NCBI GenBank assembly: GCA_951406725.2
Contig: OX597816.1
Coordinates: 75,640,001 to 75,704,000 of the forward strand
Source: Octopus vulgaris
Taxonomy: Eukaryota
Length of the DNA: 64,000 bases
Direction of reading: 5' to 3'
Position 1 is the first letter of the stretch, and every line of letters begins with the position of its first letter. The notes beneath the pieces are model-generated. The model was not told where the DNA came from. It was given only the letters and a program-made list of their open reading frames with translations, and ran no database searches. This document shows positions 54,674 to 64,000 of this stretch, piece by piece. Made by a program: the position numbers and the translations under genes.

Positions 54674-54813
54674 TAGAGATAGAAGTCCCCATGCAATTCA
54701 TCAAATCCAAATTGCATGGGGACTTCTATCTCTAAATAACATATATTTCCCTTATCGAGAATAATTCAATTTATTTGAATTCCTGTGATGCCGGAATTTT
54801 TATTCCCTAATAA

Positions 54814-54818
<5 letters not shown>
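54674..54818 (+). mobile_element. Hairpin-capped micro-insertion in (TA)n
   Basis: Perfect 25-bp arms TAGAGATAGAAGTCCCCATGCAATT (54674-54698) / 54710-54734, 11-nt loop, ~85-nt tail, then (TA)n. Confidence 0.65.
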
Positions 54819-54862
<44 letters not shown>

Positions 54863-54998
54863 TACCAATGACGACATACATGTGTGATTATATATAGTTA
54901 TTTATATAGGCAGAAACATACGCGCACGCGTGCACACACACAAATAAATGCACACATATATAGTCAAATATATATATATGAGAATGTATATATACATA

Positions 54999-56241
54999 CA
55001 GGGGTTGGACAAAACAATGGAAACACCTCAAAATTTCAAACAAATTTATTTTAATACGGGGTAGGACCGCCTTTGGCAGTAATTACAGCTTGAATTCTAT
55101 GAGGTATGGACTCCTACAAAGTTTGAATTGTTTCCAAAGGAATTTTTGTCCATTCTTCAGCTAAAACCGTCTCCAGTTCTTGTAGTGATGATGGAGGATA
55201 TCGACTCCTTACTTGTTTTTCTAAAATGTACCACAAATGTTCAATAATATTGAGATCTTGGCACTGTGGTGCCAGATAAGATGTTCAACTTCACTAGAAT
55301 GTTCCTCGTGCCATTCAGTAACAACTTTAGCTGTGTGAATTGGTGCATTATCATCCTGAAAGATTGCGTTTCCCTCTGGAAACAGTTACGCAACCATAGG
55401 ATGAATTTGATCATATAAAATGCTTAAATAGTCTTGACTATTAATTCTGCCATGAAGGGAAACCATTGGGCCGGCGGATTTCCAAGATATAGCCCCCTAG
55501 ATTACAGATCCTCCTCCATGTTTAACAGTTGGAAGAAGGCAGTCTAGGTCAAATGCTTCTTTTGGCTGTCTCCACACGTATACTCGGCCGGTGGTCGGAA
55601 ATAAGATAAAGGATGACTCGTTCGAGAAAATAACCAATTCTGTAGGTTTTTACTCCTCTAAACGCTTTGCGACGTTTGTTTTTGAAAGTAGTGGTTTTCT
55701 GATTGCAAACCCTCCCGTGAAATCCGGATTTGTGCAGCTCCCGGTGAACAGTTTTTGTGCGAACTAGATTCCCGAGGTGGTCATTAAGCTCTGCAGTAAT
55801 TTTGGGAGCTGTACTTTTGTGATCCTTTCTAACAATTCGCGTAAGAGTCCGAAGGTCCCTATTTGAAAGTTTTGTTTTCTTCGGGAGTTTCGTTTCGACG
55901 AGGAAGTTTTTCCCTCTTTCTCAAAGGCTATCATTACTTTCGAGACAGTACTTCTCGATACACCAAACGTTTCGGCTGTTTTTGTTATGCTTGCACCTGC
56001 CATACGAGCACCAACAATTTGGTCTTTTTGAAAGTCCGATAGATCTGTCATTTTAATGAATTTTAATTACCTTTTTCTAATGATATCTGAAAAGAAACAG
56101 CAATTTTAGCAAAACACATTAAGCAACACTAATAATACATAAAAAAAAAACAAAAATAAACAAGCTTTTGACGGTTTTATAGATATTTCAAAATTATAAT
56201 GCTATAATGCTAGGTGTTTCCATTATTTTGCCCAACCCCTG
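54999..56241 (-). mobile_element. Full-length Tc1-family DNA transposon (1243 bp), TA TSD
   Basis: 30-bp TIRs CAGGGGTTGGACAAAACAATGGAAACACCT / AGGTGTTTCCATTATTTTGCCCAACCCCTG; TA on both flanks. Confidence 0.95.
55051..56051 (-). pseudogene. Tc1 DD34E transposase pseudogene
   Basis: MTDLSDFQKDQIVGAR..GVSRSTVSKV (HTH), RKPLLS, VIFSNES, TVKHGGGSV, IFQDDNAPIH, DLNIIEHLW, KGGPTPY*; multiple stops and frameshifts. Confidence 0.93.
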
Positions 56242-57032
56242 TATGTATATACAGGCATGAACTCACATACATATACATATATTGACGTGAGGTTTTTTAT
56301 GTATAAATATCGATAGGTTTTAGCAAACTTTGACTGAAGATGCTCTCATAGACAGTTAGGGAATGGTGTGCATTTTCACAAGGATATGTAGTAGTTTTGA
56401 ATTCAAAATTTGGTCAGTCGTCGTAAATAATCTACCTGCAATTGTTTGCTGTCATGAGATCTCATATGAACTAGCAGATCCAGGCTCAGATAAACATACA
56501 TTACTGCAGATATTACAAACATGTTCCAATTGAAAAGTGTCTGGGATTGGGGTCAAGTTCTGTTTTTGAAGCTCTCGTTTCGAGATAGAGTATCTGATTT
56601 TCCGTTTTCCAAATATTTTACAACCACCATAGATTATTTCTCTCCAGACCGATCAATTCTCCGTTAAGTGTTATAAGTACCACACGCACGAAATCCTCGA
56701 CATTTGATTAACTCTTATAACTTTCTGACCATTAAAAATATAACGAAAATATATAATTCATGTATTCAATGCTGCTTCTGCGGTTTGCTCGACCTAGTCT
56801 ACACATGTATTCACATACATACGGATATGTACATGCATACACATAATGAAGTCTATATATTATACGCATATATAAAAATATATAATATATATAACATCTA
56901 TTTTTAGTCTATGTATATATATGTATGTATTTATATGTTTATCGATAAGCATAAATATATGTATATGCACATATGTGTATATGCATATATATCTATGTAC
57001 ATATATATGTATGGTCATATGCACATGTATAT

Positions 57033-57115
<83 letters not shown>

Positions 57116-57428
57116 ATGTACATATTACGTTCACGCACACACATATTTATATCTAAACTCACATATGTATACACACATTGTTCGAATGTGTTGAGTATTT
57201 CAGATATTCAATATCTTAATAATTGCAGTTGAATTTTGTTTAGATGAAAATCACATGTGAAGTTTAGATTTATCGTTAGTTCCTTGCGTGTGCGCCACCC
57301 CTTCTCCAAAGATCATTGCACAAAATATTTTTATATATACCTTGACAGCTAGTGTTATTTGTCTGCAGAAATAGTGTTCATAATCTATAACCTTGGGAAC
57401 ACGTCTAAAAGAATGGAGAAAAACGTTC

Positions 57429-57595
57429 TGGTGCAGGCGTAGCTGTGTGGTAAGAAGTTTTCTTTTCAACCACAAGGCTGCGGGTTCAGTCCCACTGCGT
57501 GGCACATTGGGCAAGTGTCATCAACTACATAGCCCCAGGCCGAGCAAAACCTTGTGAGTAGATTAGGTAGACAGAAACTGTAAGAAGCTCGTAGT
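57429..57595 (+). mobile_element. SINE family A, 5' half
   Basis: GGTGCAGGCGTAGCTGTGTGGTAAG...GGGTTCAGTCCCACTGCGTGGCACATTGGGCAAGTG. Confidence 0.85.
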
Positions 57596-57611
57596 ATATA
57601 TATATATATAT

Positions 57612-57975
57612 AAATTAACAGAATGAGATAAAAATCCAAGGCTGTGAAAGACTTCAGCACATTTATAAAGAGAAGGTCTTACAGCTGTTTCCGGGATATT
57701 TTATATATCCCTTCATCGGAGACGGTGTGAGAAGATGGTTAAACAACAGTTATTCTAAGTAAGATATGAAATTGAGAGTGAAATGGAGGAATGAAAATAG
57801 ACGTGGGATATGCAGGAATATTGTATCTGCAGTTCCATTATTTAGGCAGAATGGTATACATATAAGATTCCTGTACCTTGTGTGTAAGTTCCAATACTAT
57901 TTAAAATTGGTCTTTCCAAGCATAGAGTTTGTAAACGGTGTTATTGAATCGAGGGTTTATCCTATTTTAAAATTA
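57612..57975 (-). mobile_element. PLE 3' end with HHR, inserted in the (TA)n of the preceding SINE
   Basis: HHR GTCT-CCGATGA-A-GGGATAT ATAAA ATATCCC-G-GAAA-CAGCTG-TA-AGAC at 57676-57723; (TA)n on both sides. Confidence 0.75.
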
Positions 57976-58580
57976 TATATATATATATGTATATGTATGC
58001 ATATGTACATGTATATGTGCATATACAAGTATATATATATTTATCATATCACAATATTGGTCGGAGTCCATGAAATTTTGGTATTAAGAAATCTTTGGTT
58101 AGAAAGTTTAGTAGTGAATGTTTATTCGAAAAGAACGAAAATACTATAAAAAAATGCTGAAATCGCTCAACCATCTTCATTTTTTATATTTTTCTTTCAT
58201 GAATACGTGTCAATCAACCTTGCAGTTGTTCTTTTCAGTTTAATTTATATGATTCAGGTGACTTCTGTTTAGATTCGTTTATGAACAGATTATCATTTCT
58301 TTAAATAGTGTTTGTCAGTTGTCTTTTACTTTCCATGAGCATTTTATAGCAGATTTCTAGATTCCTTCGTCTGATAAACAATTAGTCTACCAGCGGATAT
58401 TAGCATATTTCCGTGGAATGATTGCGGAAGTTGTAACGAAAAAAAAAAAGACATTAATTATATGATTTAAAATGATGAAATGGTTAAGTTGCTGCGAGAC
58501 CAATGCCTTCTGCAGGAAGAATGTACAGTTAAGCTGCGGCTAACAAACTTAATGTTAATATATCTAATAAATATATGTAA

Positions 58581-58958
58581 GGTGGAGAGATGGTAGAAAG
58601 CTTAGAGGTATTTTGTCGACTTTGCCTTTCATCCTTTCGGGGTCGATAAAATAAGAATCAGTTGAACACTGGGGTCAATGAAATCGATTAACCTCTCTTC
58701 CGAAATTGCTGGCCCTGTGCCAAAATTTGAAAGCAATGAATATTAGGCGGCAAGCTGGTAGAACCGTTTGCATGCTGGGCAAAATGCTTAGCGGTATTTC
58801 GTCCATCATTGCGTTCTGAGTTCAGATCCTACCGAGGTCGACCGTGCTTTTTATCGTTTCGGCGTCTATAAAATAAGTACCAGTTGAACACTGGTATCGA
58901 TATAATCGATTTTACCCCAAACTCGAAATTTCTGGCCTTCTACCTAAATTTGAAACCA
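58581..58958 (+). mobile_element. Two tandem SINE-B copies
   Basis: 58581-58735 (internally deleted) and 58746-58958, both with GTCGA..TGC.TTT.ATC.TTTCGG.GTC.ATAAAATAAG and ..AAATTTGAAA tail. Confidence 0.85.
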
Positions 58959-59087
58959 AATATCTCAAACCAATAAATAATAAACCCATAATGAAAAGAA
59001 AAAAAACCCCGTTTAAGTTAATAACTTTTGTAGAGAATCGCTACCGACTCCAAAGAAGAAGAAGAAGAAGAAGGAGGAGGAGGAGAA

Positions 59088-59119
<32 letters not shown>

Positions 59120-59589
59120 AGAATAAGAAGAAGAAGATGATGAAGAAGAAGAAGAAGAAGAAGAAGAAAAAGAAGAAGAAGAGAAAGAAAAAGAAGAAAC
59201 AAAGGAAGGAGACTAAGGTGAAAACTGAATTCGAAATTAACAAATAAATGGAAATATGCGGTGGTGAATATGCTTTTATCATATTAGATCCTCTCACTAT
59301 GTTAAGTATGTTAACCCTTATTTTACTATGTGTTCTGGGGAGTATACAAGGGCAAGAATCTGTATTGTATTTAGTGAAGTACGCGTATGTCGTGGAACGA
59401 TAGTATCGAGGTAAACAGAGACTGACATATATATGTTAGACGTAGGAAAAGGATAACTAATGGGTGCAGCAAGTACAGAAGGATTGTGAATATATAAACA
59501 TATGCATGCACGCGCGCGCGCGCACCCACCCGCACACATACAAATATACATCTCTCTCTATATATATAGAGAGAAGATATACACGTCCA

Positions 59590-59676
59590 TCCGACCCTCC
59601 ATCCATCCATCCATCCATTCATCCATCCATTCATCTATCTCTCTCTCTCTCTTTCTATCCATCTATCCATCCATCC

Positions 59677-59775
<99 letters not shown>

Positions 59776-59865
59776 CATCTCTTTCTATCTATCTATCTAT
59801 CTCTCTGTCTCTCTGTCTCTCTGTCTCTCTGTCTCTCTCTCGTTCTCCCTCTCTCTCTCTATCTA

Positions 59866-59896
<31 letters not shown>

Positions 59897-59918
59897 CTCT
59901 CTCTCTCTCTCGTTCTCC

Positions 59919-59982
<64 letters not shown>

Positions 59983-60056
59983 CTGTCTCTGTCTGCCTGT
60001 CTCTCTCATTCTCTCTCTCTCTCTCTCCCTCTCTCTCTCTCTGTATCTATCTATCT
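59590..60056. repeat. Compound (TCCA)/(TCTA)/(TC)n microsatellite
   Basis: Seen directly; one of dozens of microsatellite tracts in the window. Confidence 0.95.
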
Positions 60057-60327
60057 ACATGTAATTGCAAACAGAATAAACAGGAAACACACCCAGTCAG
60101 GCATATTAGGATAAAATACATTTCTTTACCCGGAGCAAAATTATGTTTCTATGGGATAAACTCATGTAAACCTATACACACTTTTACACGCTTCATCAGC
60201 CGGCGCTAGAAAAAGAAATATCTCTTAGAATAGACTTGTCCATACATACACATACACATAAATACACACAGACACGCAAAACATATATATATATATCATA
60301 TATATATATATACAATATGGTGTATAT

Positions 60328-60369
<42 letters not shown>

Positions 60370-60521
60370 CATACGCGTACACACATGCTTCCCCCCATAA
60401 AGCAAATTCGAAATTTCATGTTTTGGAGAAACATCTCCTAGAATAGATTTTCTACATCAAGCGCGTGGCAATTCACACGCACACGCGCGCGTGCACACAT
60501 ACACATACGCATATAGTTGTG

Positions 60522-60567
<46 letters not shown>

Positions 60568-60656
60568 CATACATGTATAAATGCATATATGTATACAAAT
60601 ACATACACACACGCACATATATATGTATATGTATACATGTACACATACACACGCAA

Positions 60657-60693
<37 letters not shown>

Positions 60694-60956
60694 CAGATAC
60701 AGTTTTACATACATGTACATGCATATGTAAACATACACACGTGCGCACGCACACACATATCGCACACACGCATATATATATATATATACACACCCACATT
60801 AAATCACGGTATATCTAAAACTTCGTTGAGGACACTGAGAAAGTATTTTTGTAGCAAGTCTTCGTAAAATCTCAATAGATATGCTTGGGACTCGAGCGAT
60901 TATATATATTATATGTAATTTCAAATGGCTTAAAATAAAAACTTGTCTTGTCATAC

Positions 60957-61135
60957 CTGTTACTAAAAATGCAGGCATACATATATTTTCATCGAGTGAA
61001 AAAATTTGCTCCGAAATACAACCATACATTTTTTGAGACTGACAGCCAAAGCTACGTATGCCTAAGTTAGTCGGCTCATAGACACTGTACAATATTTTGA
61101 TGGATTTTGATCCTTGCATCTTTATAATAAATTAC
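60957..61135 (-). other. Putative 179-nt exon containing a start codon
   Basis: Acceptor TGTTTTTTCTTTCAG, AAAGATG at 61119 with an upstream in-frame stop, 54 open codons MQGSKSIKILYSVYEPTNLG...MPAFLVT(G), donor CAG/GTATGA. Confidence 0.35.
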
Positions 61136-61516
61136 CTGAAAGAAAAAACAACATTGGAAGGACTTGATTATCTCTCAGGACCCACCTAAGATTGAACACT
61201 AGTGCAATAGTATCTTCACCAGTATCTTAACCAATTGCCGATGTTTTAACGAATTAGGTCTGTGCTTCCTATCTTGAGCAGCAACTACTTACCAGTTAGC
61301 CCTAATCAACGGCAGCCGTTTCAGTGACGGGTTTTGACAAATTTTGTAGCATTTGAAGTAGGTCAAAGGCATAATTCTAAAAATTTCAAAAGGTGCTTCA
61401 ATTCAGTTTGCTCTATTAATCGCCAAACTGTTTAATGATATTTGGTCTTCGAATTCACTGCCCTATGGCCACTGGCTTTCCCACAGTATGCACAGCATAC
61501 ATCTATCTATCTAGAA

Positions 61517-61860
61517 GAGTGGTTCACAACCATTTTGTTTTATCTGTGGGTGACTTTGATCCCTATTCTGCCCTGATAGATATCCATAGCCATTGGATGT
61601 TTATAAACTAGTTTTATAGATGCTTCTCTCAAAATTCTATTATGTTTTTCACGCATTATCTTGTGTAGCCTTAACTATATATAATGACACAGAAAGAAAT
61701 CGAGCTGTTCTTTGCAATAAATACATTCAAAGCAAACTTTTTCCATGGACTCGATGGAAATACTACTGTAGAGCTCCAATTTATTATTTTGCTTGTGTGG
61801 ATTCCCCAAAATCTTGTAGGAACTCACAAGGGTCGTATGGACGCCTGTTGAGAATAATTG
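61517..61860. mobile_element. hAT (Charlie-like) MITE
   Basis: Decayed TIRs GAGTGGTTCACAAC / GTTGAGAATAATTG; 8-bp TSD ATCTAGAA / ATCTAGAT matching the NTCTAGAN Charlie preference. Confidence 0.75.
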
Positions 61861-62319
61861 ATCTAGATGGTAAAACCTTGACATTTTCCTTAAAACATGG
61901 TTTGACACATTTATGGCCACTTTTTGAAAACATACGAGTTTGCGTTAAAACGTATTGGGACATTTGGAAAACAGTGAAAATGTACATGACTCTTAACCAC
62001 TGTGCGTGACTATGCTGCGAATCACACTGGATTCATTTGCTGATTTCACTTCATCAGTTACATACAGAACTGTATGAATATTTAGTGAGGTAAAGACCAA
62101 CGAAAAATACCTGCTTGGGTTAATCCAGCCATAATCTTCACTGAGACACTTGAGATGATATAAATAGTTTCAGAAATTGCCCTTTGTAACTATGGAGTTC
62201 AGTAGAAAGGAAGTTTGATTATAATACACGAATTATCTTCACAGCTTTGATTTTTCTGATATATAATTCTGTACATGGAAATGTAAATACTAGTAATATT
62301 GCAATCTAAATCATCCTGT

Positions 62320-62760
62320 AAATATATTTTGGCCACATGGAGAGGATAGATGAAGAGCGGATGGTAAGGAAGGTGATGAAGGCAGAAGTGGTAGGCAGCA
62401 GAACTAGAGGCAGACCTCGGTTTGTGTGGATGGATGGAGGGAGGAAAGCTTTGGTGGTTAGAGGTGTTGGAGTGAGAGAGGCAAGAGAGTTTATAAATGA
62501 TAGGAAAGCTTGGAGAATGTTTGTGGACGGATGAGTGAATTTGATGTTGCTCAAGGGGTACGGAACCAGCATGATGCGGCGTGAGTAAACCAGCATATGC
62601 TGTCTGGCCCCGCTGCTGATATTGGGGATTGCATTCTATGCCTTGACTCGAGCATAAAACAGGGCTCGCCTCCTTGATTTGGGAAAAGAATGGAATGCCT
62701 GGTATGTGTCTTGTTCTGGCTACCCCTCATAAAAATGGGCAATAGGCCACACAATTGTGT
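62320..62760 (+). mobile_element. RTE-clade LINE 3' end
   Basis: FGHMERIDEERMVRKVMKAEVVGSRTRGRPRFVWMDG...DRKAWR*, the typical RTE ORF C-terminus, then 3' UTR. Confidence 0.85.
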
Positions 62761-64000
62761 AAATGGAAGCTGGTTCTGGTTCAAACTTGTTGCATTAAAA
62801 TCACGACAATATTATATGAATATAATATGTTTTATTAAGGATTTTTCATATTTTAATTACTCCTTTATGTTTAGTTGGCAGCAATAACGTTCTCTAAGCT
62901 CAATATTTCACGACGTTTTCGGTCTCATCATTGAAATGATATGATAGCTTTATTCGCGAGTTATTAATGCACTTTTCATTAGATGGTAAAGTATAATAGA
63001 AAAACTGTTATAACTGGTCAAAGCGTCAGCACCGAAATGATCATATTTGGTTCCTATTTTGGAAATAATAAAGTTTCCACAGTTAATCCCCTTTTTTGGG
63101 GGGTATTCCATAAAGGATTATAACATTGTCAACTAATATTTAACCGTAATATTATTCGTTTCTATGGGACCTTGTAAATGTTTATAACACATACACACAT
63201 ATTTACATGCGTACATACATATGCATGTATGAATGTATGCATGTGTGTATGTATGTATGTATGTATGTATGTATGTATGTATGTATGTATGTATGTATGT
63301 ATGTGTGAGTGTGTGCGTCTGTGTGTGTGTGCGTGCGTGTGTGCATGCACGCGTGAGTGTGCGCGTGCGAGAGGTGTATGCTATCGGTTAGTTAAACGAC
63401 TGGAAAGCTAACGTTGAATAGTAAGCCGACTATTTTGTGAAGTTAGTTGGGTTTAGAAATATCCTAAGTTCTAAGAGTGAATAGCAGTGACAAGACAAGC
63501 AATCTTCAGATGGAAAATACTTAACTGCTTTATGTTAGTGTATAAATAATGAAGAAAAGTAATCAATTAATCAGGTAATGGAACTCAGTATTCAATATGG
63601 TCTCGTTTTTTTTTTGTAAAAGACTACTGGGAGGTGCGTTTTTGTAGTTAAATTTAGTTTGTGTCTGGTGGAATGAGAGCTTGGTAGTCGGCATTCGTGT
63701 CGGACATCCGTCGGTCAATGCATTTGTACGTGTGACGCCCTAGGTCATCGTAGACAACGACTGACAACATTATTATTGCATGTATGTGCAGGATTGGTCA
63801 AGATTTTGGGAAGAAGACTAGCAGTTGCTCGTACATCCAAGTATCCACTCTTCCCGCTACTGATTGAGAGATAGGAAAAGGCTGCCGACTTCAACCGATA
63901 GAGTACCTATGTCATCGCAGACCTTGCAGCCAGGACATGAAGAACTGGGATAGAGACCACATGGCATTTCGCCCGATCCTTTTACTGATCTACCAACACC

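Noticed and set aside
61620-62009. 129-aa plus-strand ORF
   Set aside because: Starts inside the hAT MITE and crosses its boundary; no recognisable motifs.
62040-62060. CTGATGA-AGT-GAAA on the minus strand as an HHR
   Set aside because: No stem II or stem I possible.

Overview
AT-rich, microsatellite-saturated animal genomic DNA. The SINE families and the (TA)n/(CA)n/(TATG)n load strongly resemble octopus (coleoid cephalopod) sequence; this is an inference, not a database result. No intact host gene is recognisable, only a few low-confidence exon candidates, and almost all ORFs in the supplied track are microsatellite artefacts. The window is a stack of transposon relics: three tRNA-head SINE families, CR1/L2-type, RTE, L1/Tx1 and R4/Dong LINE pieces, a full-length decayed Tc1, a mariner fragment, hAT and TA-flanked MITEs, and many Penelope-like element (PLE) pieces (Naiad-type GIY-YIG and RT; Penelope/Poseidon-type GIY-YIG). 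The most striking unexplained structure is about 14 type-I hammerhead ribozyme (HHR) motifs in unrelated small elements sitting in (TA)n and other microsatellites. These include a non-coding 480-bp-period retrozyme-like unit whose 5' end lies about 9 nt past its own cleavage site, a palindromic double-HHR element, a CUGUNGA core variant recurring in two unrelated families, a tRNA-like head placed just upstream of an HHR, an HHR-led coiled-coil ORF with no RT, and three sequence-unrelated hairpin-capped micro-insertions in (TA)n. All ribozyme calls were folded by eye and are untested.
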